Shown here: piece after piece, positions 28,219 to 37,878 of the stretch
Numbering within the stretch: position 1 is the stretch's first letter
Layout of the letters: the number at the start of each line of letters is the position of its first letter
From: Dehalococcoidia bacterium
GTDB taxonomy: Bacteria > Chloroflexota > Dehalococcoidia > Lucifugimonadales > Australimonadaceae
Assembly (NCBI GenBank): GCA_963579845.1
Contig: CAUZHS010000001.1
Coordinates: 4,768 to 68,767, forward strand
Direction: 5' to 3'
DNA length: 64,000 nt
Notes under the pieces: model-generated
What the model saw: only the letters and a program-made list of their open reading frames with translations
What the model was told of the DNA's origin: nothing
Databases searched by the model: none
Position numbers and translations under genes: made by a program

Positions 28219-28812
28219 TCAGGACGTGGGGGCCTGCTCATCATGACTGGAGTCGCTGGTCTCGGCAACCGGCTCCTGGGGCTCTGTTTCACCGGCCCCT
28301 GCTTCATCCGATTTCTCAGCGACAACCACGACACTTTCCGGGGCGACTTCGGCTTCTGGGGACGTTGCCGCTCCATTCGTCACTGCTGTCGCCTCCGGGG
28401 CTCCTGTCCCATCCCCAGCCTCCACAGTTTCACTGGGTGGACTGCTCACAGGAGGTCGCTCTCCAAACTGCGGTGCCCGGGCGGCACGATCCCGCCTATC
28501 GGCACGGAAGCGCTCGCTGCGGGGCCCTTCGAGCGGACTGATGTCCATCATCGTGTGAGAACCCGTGAAGGGTATCAGCGCCACATACCTGGCCCGTTTT
28601 ATGGCACGGGTCAGCGCCCGCTGATGAGGTGCGCACGTACCGGTCTTCCGGCGAGGCTCAATCTTGCCCCAATCAGAAATAAACCGGCGAATACGCGATA
28701 CGTCTTTGTAGCTAATCTGCTCAACTTTGTCCACGCAGAAAGCGCAGACCTTTCGCCGGGGGGGAAACCGTCGCCCGCCAGGACGACGACGCCGGACGCC
28801 ACTTTGGACCAT
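28219..28812 (-). CDS. rpsR: 30S ribosomal protein S18 with long C-terminal extension
   Basis: The core RRKVCAFC....[47 protein letters not shown] ends at about residue 83. The ORF continues for another 114 aa of acidic P/A/E/S-rich sequence. Confidence 0.85.
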   Translation of the reverse strand: MVQSGVRRRRPGGRRFPPRRKVCAFCVDKVEQISYKDVSRIRRFISDWGKIEPRRKTGTCAPHQRALTRAIKRARYVALIPFTGSHTMMDISPLEGPRSERFRADRRDRAARAPQFGERPPVSSPPSETVEAGDGTGAPEATAVTNGAATSPEAEVAPESVVVVAEKSDEAGAGETEPQEPVAETSDSSHDEQAPTS

Positions 28813-28833
28813 GAATCGTTCTCCTTCCTACTC

Positions 28834-29244
28834 CTATATGGGCAGCTCGTCCGTAGTTAGCGTGTCCTCAGTCGCGAGGACCGCGCTGCCCGCATCTTCA
28901 GATCTTTCAGCTCCAGGGCGGTCCAAGAACATCACCCTGTCGGCAACAATCTCGTTCCTAAAGCGGGTTTGACCGTCATTTCCTTCCCACTGGTGCGACT
29001 GCAGTCGTCCTTCGACGTAGGCCTTCCGGCCCTTAGACAGATACTGATTACATTGCTCCGCCAACTGGTTCCAGGTGACCACAGTAAACCATTCTGTTTC
29101 CTGACGCCGCTCGCCGTCTTGCGTGGTATAGCTCCGGCTGGCAGCGATGCGAAACGAAGTGACCGGGTTCCCGTTGGGGGTGTAGCGCATCTCTGGGTCT
29201 GTGCCAACGTTGCCAATAATCATCATCTTATTGAGACCAACCAT
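28834..29244 (-). CDS. ssb: single-stranded DNA-binding protein
   Basis: NKMMIIGNVGTDPEMRYTPNGNPVTSFRIA, WFTVVTWNQLAEQ, acidic tip DELPI. Confidence 0.9.
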   Translation of the reverse strand: MVGLNKMMIIGNVGTDPEMRYTPNGNPVTSFRIAASRSYTTQDGERRQETEWFTVVTWNQLAEQCNQYLSKGRKAYVEGRLQSHQWEGNDGQTRFRNEIVADRVMFLDRPGAERSEDAGSAVLATEDTLTTDELPI

Positions 29245-29282
29245 CGCACACCTCTCCCTAATTGCTCCCGCGAGAGCCAGTA

Positions 29283-29588
29283 CTACTTCTCTTGGAGCAC
29301 CAGCATGTGCCGAATGATCTCCTCCGAGAGATTGAGTGTCCCCTCGAAGGCCTTAGCAGGAGCAGGATCTAAGCTGAGTTGCGCCAGGTAATAGTTCCCT
29401 TCGGCGTGCTGGCCAATCTTGTAGGCCAACTTTTTACGCCCCCAATGGTCCTCCTCAGCGACCTCGCCGCCATTGTCGGTGACGAATTTCTTCACCCGCT
29501 CTTTCACACTCTCCACCTGCTCGTCATCAATCTGAGGGTCAATGACCAGCAGTAGTTCGTATTGACGCACGTCTCCTCCACTCTCCAA
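29283..29588 (-). CDS. rpsF: 30S ribosomal protein S6
   Basis: YELLLVIDPQ......V....GG.V...D.WGRKKLAYKI. Confidence 0.9.
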   Translation of the reverse strand: MESGGDVRQYELLLVIDPQIDDEQVESVKERVKKFVTDNGGEVAEEDHWGRKKLAYKIGQHAEGNYYLAQLSLDPAPAKAFEGTLNLSEEIIRHMLVLQEK

Positions 29589-29606
29589 TCGGCTACACGA
29601 CTACGA

Positions 29607-29635
29607 ATTATAGCATGGGGCCCGCCCACGCTCAA
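29607..29635 (-). promoter_or_regulatory. sigma70-like promoter for rpsF-ssb-rpsR
   Basis: On the minus strand: TTGAGC (29635-29630), 17-nt spacer, TATAAT (29612-29607). Confidence 0.5.
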
Positions 29636-29728
29636 CGAGCCGACGACCAGCCCCATAAGCATCCCAGCCCGATTCGGCGAATGTTATGCGTCATACACCG
29701 GCTCAACCAATGGGCACTTAGCAGACCG

Positions 29729-30979
29729 CTAAGAGTCCTGTTCCAGCCCCGGCACCGGGAACTTGCCGGTGAGCGCGAGTACCTCTTCGCGAACTGCCTG
29801 CTCCACTTGGCCGTCGCCTCGGTGGTTAATCGTCTTCATGATGAGATGGGCCACGCTTTGAAGTTCTTCCACCCCGAAGCCCCGGGTGCTGACCGCCGGT
29901 GTACCCAGCCGAAGGCCGCTGGTGACACGAGGTGGCAGCGGATCGTTGGGGATGGCATTCTTGTTCACGGTGATACCCACCCGGCCCAGGGCCTCTTCGG
30001 CTTCCTGGCCCGTGCATTTCAAGGGGGTGAGGTCCACCAGCAGCAGATGATTGTCGGTCCCTCCGGAAACGATGCGCGCACCCTCCGCCTCTAAGGTTGC
30101 TGCCAGGGCTTGGGCATTGTCGACGACCCGTTGGCCGTACACCTGGAAGGAGGGATCGAGAGCCTCGGCAAAACAGACGGCCTTGGCAGCAATGGCATGC
30201 ATCATGGGACCGCCCTGCGTAAACGGGAATACGGCGCGGTCTACCTTCCGTCGAAGCTCCTCCGTGGAGAGGATGAGGGCGCCCCGGGGACCCCGAAGCG
30301 TCTTATGAGTGGTGCTGGTGATGACCGCGGCATGACCCGCGGGCGATGGGTGGACGCCGGCAGCAATCAGGCCAGCGATGTGGGCCATATCCACCATGAG
30401 CACGGCGCCAACCTCTTTGGCTATCTCACCAAACCGCTCGAAGTCAATGGTACGTGAGTATGCGGTATACCCCGCGACGATGACCTTAGGCCGGTGCTCT
30501 CTGGCTAGGAGCGCTATGTTGTCGTAATCGAGCTGCTCCGTTTCCGGGTCCAACCCGTAAGCCACAAAGTTGTAGGTCTTGCTGGAGAAGTTCACAGGAC
30601 TCCCGTGGGTCAGGTGCCCCCCTTGATCCAACCGCAGGCCCATTACCGTATCACCGGGCTCCAGCAACGCGGCGTAGGCCGCCATATTAGCCTGGGCACC
30701 CGCGTGAGGCTGGACGTTGGCGTGCTCCACGCCAAAGAGCTCCAGGGCGCGGTCGATGGCTGTCTGCTCAGCGATGTCCACGAATTCACAACCGCCATAG
30801 TAACGTCGGCCCGGATACCCCTCGGCGTACTTGTTGGTTAGCACCGAGCCCTGGGCCTCCAAGACCGCTGGGCTGGTGTAGTTTTCGGATGCTATGAGCA
30901 CCACGCTGTTCTGTTGGCGCTGGACCTCTTGGGCTATGGCGTTGGCTATTACCGGATCCTGCTGGGCAAGCACACTCAT
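29729..30979 (-). CDS. glyA: serine hydroxymethyltransferase
   Basis: [23 protein letters not shown] (PLP Lys). Confidence 0.95.
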   Translation of the reverse strand: MSVLAQQDPVIANAIAQEVQRQQNSVVLIASENYTSPAVLEAQGSVLTNKYAEGYPGRRYYGGCEFVDIAEQTAIDRALELFGVEHANVQPHAGAQANMAAYAALLEPGDTVMGLRLDQGGHLTHGSPVNFSSKTYNFVAYGLDPETEQLDYDNIALLAREHRPKVIVAGYTAYSRTIDFERFGEIAKEVGAVLMVDMAHIAGLIAAGVHPSPAGHAAVITSTTHKTLRGPRGALILSTEELRRKVDRAVFPFTQGGPMMHAIAAKAVCFAEALDPSFQVYGQRVVDNAQALAATLEAEGARIVSGGTDNHLLLVDLTPLKCTGQEAEEALGRVGITVNKNAIPNDPLPPRVTSGLRLGTPAVSTRGFGVEELQSVAHLIMKTINHRGDGQVEQAVREEVLALTGKFPVPGLEQDS

Positions 30980-31027
30980 GGGGTCCCTCCATTCGCTCTA
31001 CGTTGGTTCACTGTCCGTGGTAAGAAC

Positions 31028-31056
31028 AAAAAAAGGAGCGCATGCAAGCACGCTCC
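31028..31056 (-). terminator. intrinsic-terminator-like hairpin about 50 nt upstream of glyA
   Basis: The minus strand reads GGAGCG-N10-CGCTCC followed by T7. Confidence 0.45.
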
Positions 31057-31138
31057 AGTACAGGTAAGAATTGACGATGACTGAAGAGCCATCGCGCGCC
31101 TCAGTCTAGGGGAACCGCGGCGTGCCCGTCAAGAAAAC

Positions 31139-31844
31139 ATGGTGCCCGGCTATGTTCACCGCACCGCGGAACTCTACACTTGGGCGGAGCGCCATGCGAA
31201 GCGCCAGGGCCCATACGTTACGCCATTTTAGGTGGCCCCCCGTTTTCCTGGCGACATCTTCGAAGCGAAACGAGGCCGTGTCATTTTCCAAACCCAACGG
31301 CTGCTCGGTGCAGCGCTGACACAACCCCACGACCCCAGGCTCGACGACCCCGTGTGACCAGCGTTCGCCGAACAATGGGTCTTATTCGCCCAATATGCGC
31401 GCCGTTTACTGGACACAGCGGGAGCGTCCGTGACGGTTGAACAGGCCCTGTGCATCTGGGAACGGGTCAAAAAGGCGTCACCGGATCTGGCGTTCTACGA
31501 CGATGCGCTCCCACCGGCTAGCTGGCTTCATCGACCAACTGGGACTTCGCGGCCTGGTTCAGAAATGGTCGGCCAACTCCGACGTAGATTTGGCAAAGCC
31601 GCACCTAGCTATCTTTCAGAACGCCCTCAGCAAGCTCCAGGGCGAACCCGATGAAGCGCTCCACGTGGGCGACAGCTACGAGGGTGACGTGGTGGGCGCA
31701 CGCAACGCCGGTATGCACGCGCTTTTCTTGCTGCGCCAAGGGGCATCCCCTCCAGTAAAAGATGCTCCCATCATCTCAACCCTCCGGGAAGTGCTCCCTT
31801 ATGTGCACGGAAGCGGCTTTCCCCTCTCGGCTCAACGGGTATAA
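31139..31844 (+). pseudogene. HAD-superfamily hydrolase, disrupted
   Basis: The C-terminal part (frame of ORF 31437..31844) has clear HAD motifs III/IV: DLAKPHLAIFQ and LHVGDSYEGDVVGARNAGMHAL. A cap-like segment (PAFAEQWVLFAQYARRLL...ALCIWERVKK...FYDDALP) lies in another frame. That frame contains in-frame TAG (31229-31231) and TGA (31355-31357). I could not find a DxD motif. Confidence 0.4.
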
Positions 31845-31897
31845 GATAGGAATGACGGCCCTTTCGACATACCAGCCCGTCACCATGAGAATCCCCC

Positions 31898-32215
31898 ATG
31901 TCATATCAGATTTATTTCGCCGACCTCACCGAGGAAATCAAGGCTCTCGTCTTTACGTTGCTCCGTTTGAAGTCGGAGGCGGGGACGCTTGATTCGAAGG
32001 AGACGGATCTGCTGGTAGAGCTGCGCGGCTCGGCGGCACCACCCTTCCTCCCCGGAGGAGTCGAGGTGACTGAGAGTCAACCACGCCTCACCGATCGCGA
32101 GTCTTCATCGTTCGGCGGCAGGCCGAGGAGGAACTCTTCTTCCACCAGGCGGCGCCCCTCCAATGGCGGCCGCCGCCCCAACGGCAGGACCACACTCCCT
32201 CCAGAGGGCACCTGA
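31898..32215 (+). CDS. hypothetical protein with Arg/Ser-rich disordered tail
   Basis: 105-aa ORF convergent on mfd. No family recognised, and it may be non-coding. Confidence 0.25.
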   Translation: MSYQIYFADLTEEIKALVFTLLRLKSEAGTLDSKETDLLVELRGSAAPPFLPGGVEVTESQPRLTDRESSSFGGRPRRNSSSTRRRPSNGGRRPNGRTTLPPEGT

Positions 32216-32222
32216 AAGAGTC

Positions 32223-35200
32223 TCAGGCCTGACGGCCCATCACCCCATCAAGTGCCTCGGGCAGTTGCTGTTGGAAGCTCTCCAAGCGCGAGAGAATCTC
32301 GATGAGCACCTGCCCCCAGGGCAGTTCGTCACCGCCCGTCTCTCCTGAGTTCAACGGGAGGTGCAACTGCTGATTGCCGGCGCGCACGCCATGGCCCAGA
32401 GCCCGCTCCAAAGGAACGCGCGCGCCCCCAACGGGGTCCACCAGTTTCAGGATTATTTGGTCGCCACGCCTGGAAACCGATTCGACCCTGGCACGCCTTG
32501 CCAAGACCTTGACTCGCAGACCGTAGAACAGGTGATGTACTTCGTCAGGTAGTCCGCCAAACCGGTCCCGCAAGCTCTGGACAAGCTCATCCACCTCCTG
32601 GTCCTCCCGGACTCCGCCCATCTGTTGGTAGATCATCATCCGGGTCGGCACATGCTCCACAAGGTCTTCGGGGATGAACGCCGGCAGGCCGAGGTCGATT
32701 TGGGGCTCAGGCCTATCGACGGGCGCGGACGGTTCCTCCCCGTCTCGGGCCGCCCGCAGCGCTGCCACCGCCTCGGAGAGCAACCGTGAGTAAAGGTCAA
32801 AACCCACCGCATGGATGTACCCACTCTGCTCCGCGCCTAAGAGGTTCCCGGCGCCTCTGATTTCCAAGTCTTTCATCGCAATGCGAAAACCGGCTCCCAG
32901 CTCTGTAGCCGCAATAACCGTCTGCAGACGCCGCTGGGCCGTCTCCGTAATCCTCCGTCCTCTCGGCACCAAGAGATAGGCGTATCCCCGATGCGCCCTC
33001 CGGCCTATCCGGCCCCGAAGCTGATAGAGCTGGGAGAGCCCGAAGCGATCTGCCCGTTCGATGATGAGCGTGTTGACTGCAGGTAAGTCGAGGCCCGATT
33101 CGATGATGGTGGTGCAGAGGAGCACATCGGCCTCGCCAGCCGCGAATTCGGACATCGCCCGCGCCAGTTCACCTTCCCTCATCTGGCCGTGGGCGACCAT
33201 AACCCTGGCCTCGGGGAGCAGCTCACGGAGCTGATTGGCAGCGAGGTCGATGCTCTTAACTCGGTTGTGGAGATAGAAAACCTGGCCGCCCCGGTCTAAC
33301 TCCCGGAGTACCGCCTCACGCACCACCTCGTCGGAAGACTCACCCAGATGGGTCTTGATGGGCAGGCGCTGCTCCGGCGGGGTCTCCATTGTGGAGATAT
33401 CGCGAATACCCGCCACAGCCATGTGCAATGTGCGTGGGATAGGCGTGGCCGTCATAGTCAGCACATCCACCTCGCTTCGCATCTCCTTGAGCCGCTCCTT
33501 GTGGCCCACCCCAAATCGGTGTTCCTCGTCGATGATCACCAGACCCAGGTCTTTGAAACCCACATCCTTCTGGAGTAGGCGGTGCGTGCCGATGACGATA
33601 TCCACCTGGCCCTGCTTGAGTGCGGCGACAACCTCATCCTGCTCACGGCCTGTCCGGAACCGGCTTAGCACCTCGGTCCGAATCGCGTACATATCGAAGC
33701 GCTCGGTGAAGGTCACGTAATGCTGTTGGGCGAGGACTGTGGTGGGCACCAGCACCGCCACCTGCTTGCCCTCGGTGACCGCCTTGAACGCAGCGCGGAG
33801 GGCAACTTCCGTCTTGCCATAACCCACGTCGCCGCACACCAGCCGGTCCATGGGCCGAATGCCCTCCATGTCCACCTTTACCTGGTGGATTGCCTCTGCC
33901 TGATCCGGAGTTTCCACAAAGGGGAAGGCGTCCTCCATCTCCCGCTGCCATGGCGAATCAGGCGCAAAGGCATGCCCCTCAGCGGTCTCGCGGCGAGCAT
34001 ACAGGGCCAGCAGGTCCACAGCCAGACGACGGGTGGCCTCCCTGGCCCGGGCCACCGTACGGCCCCATTCCTGAGTTCCAAGCCGGCTGGGGGTTGGTGG
34101 CTGGTCGGCGCCGCCCACATATGGCCCGACGCGGTCCAGCTGGTCCATGGGCACATAGAGCTTGTCGCCCTGAGCGTACTCAAGCATCAGGTATTCCCGC
34201 TCGGTGCCCTCCCCACCCATCTCCGTGATGCCCGTGTAGCGACCGATACCATGATCGGTGTGTACCACCATTTGTCCGGGTACCAGCTCCTCCACGTCCA
34301 ATCGCCGCCGCGACGATGTCCGGCGCCGCAGGGGCTGGCGCTTTTGATTTCCAAAGACCTCGGTGTCGGTGAACACGGTCAACAGAGGGGCCTCATCCTC
34401 CTCATGAGCGCGAAGCGTCCAGCCCTCGGTGAGCGCCGCGTGCACAACGGTGACCGCTGAGTTAGTTGGCGCCTCCGTGAGCTCACGCACTTCGCGGGCG
34501 CCCACGTCACCCTCCTGGAGCACTTCAGTGATGCGTTGCGAGTGCTGGCTTGCGATGACCACCGAGCCTATCCGCATCCCCAGAAGGTCTTCGTTCAGCC
34601 GTTCCATCTGGCTGTGATAGGAGGTGCAAGGGCCAAAGGGGAGCACGAGGGCCGAAGCGCCTGGGCCTTGGTGGTAACGGCTAATCTTTAGCCGGGTTGG
34701 CCACGCTTCCAGACGGTTGGACAACGGCTCCCAGGCTTCCAAGCTGGGGGGGAAATGAAGGGGAATATCGCCCCGTTCCTCCTTGGTGAGCCGGAGCTTC
34801 TCCGTCCTCCCCTCCCAGCCCTGGGCTGATTCCCGCTGCTCCGAGGGCTCATTGAGGACCAGCACCATCCGCTGACCGGAAGAGGTGTTGTCGATGTGAT
34901 CGAGGAGTGTATGACCGTGGAAGAAGCCAGAGAAAAAACCGGCAGTTCCCATGTTTGTGCCAGCCATCAACTCGGCCAGGCCCTCATTCATCCGGTCACG
35001 CTCCGCTGTCTTAGTGTTGGAGTAATCCAGCCCACTCATCAGCCGATCAATCTGGTCGTTGGAGGCCAGGCTGGGCAGTATTTCAAGAGCCGGAAGGATG
35101 GACACCGACTCTACCGGCTCCAGAGAACGCTGGGTGCCAGGGTCAAACAACCTCAGCGAATCGACCCGGTCACCCCACAAATCGATGCGAACCGGCAAGG

Positions 35201-35801
35201 CCTGCCCTGGCGTAAAAATATCGATGATGCCCCCCCTCCGGCTGACGCTCCCTGGCGCTTCGACCATGGGGACCACCTCATAGCCCATGCGCACCCACCG
35301 CTGGAGGAGTGATTCAGTAGAGATTGCATCGCCCACAGTGATGGTATGTACCAACTCGTCGAGCAGTTGGGGCGCCAGGGTCCGCTGCATTAGCGCCATG
35401 GTCGAGGCCACCACCAAGGGAGCAGTGTCAGGGTCACGGACTGCCCCCAGGACGCTAAGCCGCTGGTGTACCGTGGAAATGTCCACGGCCATACGCTCAT
35501 AGGGTAGGACTTCCGATTCCACAAAATGGTGGACTTGCACGCTTTCGCCGCAATAGACCTCCAGCTGCTCCACTAACCGCCGGGCATCTTCCGGACGCGC
35601 ACAGACCACTAAAACCGGTGCGTTAAGCTGTTGCCACAGCGCACCCAAGACAACGGGCTTGGCCGCATCTGGTACCGAGACTTCCAGACGGCTTCCGCGG
35701 ACCAGACCATCAGCAACGCGCTGGTACGCTGGGACCTCGCGCAGAACATCGAAGAGTCCTCCCAGGCTCACACCCACTCCTTCATGAATATGGATCTCCA
35801 A
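32223..35801 (-). CDS. mfd: transcription-repair coupling factor
   Basis: 1192 aa. CarD-like VVHTDHGIGRY, helicase motifs CGDVGYGKTEVA, DEEHRFGV, TATPIPRTL, TRG-type QLRGRIGR. Confidence 0.95.
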   Translation of the reverse strand: MEIHIHEGVGVSLGGLFDVLREVPAYQRVADGLVRGSRLEVSVPDAAKPVVLGALWQQLNAPVLVVCARPEDARRLVEQLEVYCGESVQVHHFVESEVLPYERMAVDISTVHQRLSVLGAVRDPDTAPLVVASTMALMQRTLAPQLLDELVHTITVGDAISTESLLQRWVRMGYEVVPMVEAPGSVSRRGGIIDIFTPGQALPVRIDLWGDRVDSLRLFDPGTQRSLEPVESVSILPALEILPSLASNDQIDRLMSGLDYSNTKTAERDRMNEGLAELMAGTNMGTAGFFSGFFHGHTLLDHIDNTSSGQRMVLVLNEPSEQRESAQGWEGRTEKLRLTKEERGDIPLHFPPSLEAWEPLSNRLEAWPTRLKISRYHQGPGASALVLPFGPCTSYHSQMERLNEDLLGMRIGSVVIASQHSQRITEVLQEGDVGAREVRELTEAPTNSAVTVVHAALTEGWTLRAHEEDEAPLLTVFTDTEVFGNQKRQPLRRRTSSRRRLDVEELVPGQMVVHTDHGIGRYTGITEMGGEGTEREYLMLEYAQGDKLYVPMDQLDRVGPYVGGADQPPTPSRLGTQEWGRTVARAREATRRLAVDLLALYARRETAEGHAFAPDSPWQREMEDAFPFVETPDQAEAIHQVKVDMEGIRPMDRLVCGDVGYGKTEVALRAAFKAVTEGKQVAVLVPTTVLAQQHYVTFTERFDMYAIRTEVLSRFRTGREQDEVVAALKQGQVDIVIGTHRLLQKDVGFKDLGLVIIDEEHRFGVGHKERLKEMRSEVDVLTMTATPIPRTLHMAVAGIRDISTMETPPEQRLPIKTHLGESSDEVVREAVLRELDRGGQVFYLHNRVKSIDLAANQLRELLPEARVMVAHGQMREGELARAMSEFAAGEADVLLCTTIIESGLDLPAVNTLIIERADRFGLSQLYQLRGRIGRRAHRGYAYLLVPRGRRITETAQRRLQTVIAATELGAGFRIAMKDLEIRGAGNLLGAEQSGYIHAVGFDLYSRLLSEAVAALRAARDGEEPSAPVDRPEPQIDLGLPAFIPEDLVEHVPTRMMIYQQMGGVREDQEVDELVQSLRDRFGGLPDEVHHLFYGLRVKVLARRARVESVSRRGDQIILKLVDPVGGARVPLERALGHGVRAGNQQLHLPLNSGETGGDELPWGQVLIEILSRLESFQQQLPEALDGVMGRQA

Positions 35802-36080
35802 CCATGCTGTAACTAGCTAGCATGCTCGTATAACGCCGCGAAGGACCGCACCGAGCGGCCCTAGGGATATTTTAACATACACCCGACCACTCTCCGTTAC
35901 AAAGTGGGAGATCATTCACGCACGACTTGTTCTCATCTATTTTCGTCTGATTCACGGTTTGTTCATTTCCTCCGACTACCCTTGGGGCCCCTGCGGATCT
36001 ATGTCTCATAAGATTCTCGCAACCCGTTTATACGACTAAGGCACAAAGACGAGAGCGGTAGGCGCATGGCTGTCACTTAA

Positions 36081-36541
36081 GACCTACGGTTTGAGAGCAA
36101 CGAGTTAATGCTCTACTAGGCTAAGCTGCTGGACGATAGGAAGTTCCACGACAGGCTAAATATCCTGGCCGACTACCTCTTCTACTTCATGGCGCGGGAG
36201 GTCACCCCGCTGGGCGACTTGGCGCTCTTAGAAGAGGACACGGAGAGCATAAAGATGCGGATCGCCCGGCTAGAAACGGGCATGGGCTGGGCGGAGGATC
36301 CGCCGTCGCGGACACGCCGCATTGTGTCCAATTTAAAAGTAGCGGAGCTGGGTAACAACGAAGTGCGAGCCCGAACCGACTTCATACATTACAGGACACA
36401 CTTGGAAACCGACCAGGACTTCTTCGTGGGATGCCGTGACGACGTGCTGCGTAGGGAGGATGGTCAGTGGAAGGTGGCTAAGCGCACCATCGTTCTCGAT
36501 GCCAACATCATAATGCCAAGAACCTAAGCGTCTTCTTTTAG
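36081..36541 (+). pseudogene. aromatic-ring-hydroxylating dioxygenase beta subunit (NTF2-like), decayed and orphan
   Basis: LLDDRKFHDRLNILADYLFYFM, RIARLETGMGWAEDPPSRTRRIVSN and DGQWKVAKRTIVLD match the beta-subunit pattern. There is an in-frame TAG at 36117-36119 and no start codon upstream of it. The canonical C-terminus KNLSVFF* appears only in the +2 frame (ending 36541), consistent with a 1-nt deletion near 36517. No alpha subunit is adjacent. Confidence 0.6.
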
Positions 36542-36558
36542 ATAGGCCTGCGTGGTTT

Positions 36559-36603
36559 CCAGTAAAAGAGCACCCCGGTGCTACCGGGGTGCTCTTTTAC
36601 TGG
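36559..36603. terminator. 20-bp perfect hairpin (bidirectional terminator-like)
   Basis: CCAGTAAAAGAGCACCCCGG-TGCTA-CCGGGGTGCTCTTTTACTGG. Confidence 0.6.
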
Positions 36604-36689
36604 CCCCTTCAACAGGGGGATAAAAAGGGGGGTATAATTGGCCGACAGCAAACGCACACCTATTCCTTGCATGCGCGAACATCCCCATA

Positions 36690-37868
36690 ATGACGGTGGC
36701 ACACAAAATGGCGCTCCCCACATCTTTACTACTGCCGAACCAGGCTTCACCACCTCTCGTATACCGCCGTGTGGTCATTAAGGCTGGGACAAATGTGCTG
36801 GCCAACCGAGGGCATTCGCTGGACATGACGGTATTGGCCTCTTTGGCTGACCAGCTGGTGGCCCTGCGGGGTTTGGGAGCACAGCCCCTCCTGGTCAGTT
36901 CCGGCGCCATCGCGGCTGGCCGCGAATCGCTGGGCAAGAGCGTGGATAACCACACGGTCTCGGGCAATCAGCTCCTGGCCGCAGTCGGGCAAAGCAGGCT
37001 CATGCACCGGTACGAAGAGTGCTTCTCGGCATCGGGCACCTTGGTTGCCCAGGCGCTGCTCACTCGTCATGACCTAGAAGACCGTCAAGGCTATCTGAAC
37101 GTCCGCAATACGCTGGAGGGTCTTCTGGACCGCGGTGTCATGCCGGTGGTGAATGAGAACGACGTGGTCAATGCTGAGGAGATTTCAGCGGGTTTCGGCG
37201 ATAATGACCACCTATCCGCCCTCGTGGCTAATCTTATCGACGCAGACCTCCTCCTGTTGCTGACCGACACGGCCGGTCTTTTTAGCGGTGACCCCAAAAG
37301 CGATCACTCCGCAACCTTAGTTCCTGAGGTGAAAGTTATTGACGAGCAGGTGATGGCCATGGCCGCATCCCACGTGAGCAAGGTGAGCCGCGGTGGTATG
37401 CATGCCAAACTCATGGCTGCCAAACTTGCCACCTCCTTCGGCGTGACGGTCGTCATCGCCGGAGGTACCGAGCGAGACGTCATCTGTCGGGCGGCACGCG
37501 GCGAGCGTGTGGGCACCCTCTTCCCAACTACTGTCTCCCGCATGGAAAGCCGCAAACGTTGGATGCTAAGTGGGCTGGCCCAAAACCGCGGCACCATCAT
37601 GGTTGACGGAGGCGCCGTCAGCGCCCTGCTCGACAATCACACCAGCCTGCTCCCCGCAGGCGTTCGGCAGGTGAGCGGCCACTTCGAACGGGGCGACTTC
37701 GTCATTATCCATGGGCCGAGCGACCAGCAGGTCGCATGCGGTATCGTCAACTATGCGGATGACGAGCTCCGTGTCATCATGGGAGAGAAATCGGACAAGA
37801 TTTTAAGCAAACTAGGCCACCATTTCGGGGATGAAGTCGTCCACCGGAACAACATGGCCGTTCTGTAG
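36690..37868 (+). CDS. proB: glutamate 5-kinase with PUA domain
   Basis: RRVVIKAGTNVL, VNENDVV....FGDNDHLSALVA, C-terminal PUA-like GDFVIIHGP. An alternative ATG is at 36708. Confidence 0.9.
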   Translation: MTVAHKMALPTSLLLPNQASPPLVYRRVVIKAGTNVLANRGHSLDMTVLASLADQLVALRGLGAQPLLVSSGAIAAGRESLGKSVDNHTVSGNQLLAAVGQSRLMHRYEECFSASGTLVAQALLTRHDLEDRQGYLNVRNTLEGLLDRGVMPVVNENDVVNAEEISAGFGDNDHLSALVANLIDADLLLLLTDTAGLFSGDPKSDHSATLVPEVKVIDEQVMAMAASHVSKVSRGGMHAKLMAAKLATSFGVTVVIAGGTERDVICRAARGERVGTLFPTTVSRMESRKRWMLSGLAQNRGTIMVDGGAVSALLDNHTSLLPAGVRQVSGHFERGDFVIIHGPSDQQVACGIVNYADDELRVIMGEKSDKILSKLGHHFGDEVVHRNNMAVL

Positions 37869-37878
37869 GGAGGCTGCC

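Noticed and set aside
30980-31140. A possible ZTP, glycine or THF riboswitch in the glyA leader.
   Set aside because: I could not find the conserved cores (for example the CCGCCTGGGC-type pseudoknot of ZTP). Only the terminator-like stem is reported.
31106-31375. An 89-aa minus-strand ORF (TTG start) that would give the 31028-31056 hairpin a gene to terminate.
   Set aside because: It has no recognisable family, no SD and a non-protein-like composition, and it overlaps the HAD remnant on the other strand.
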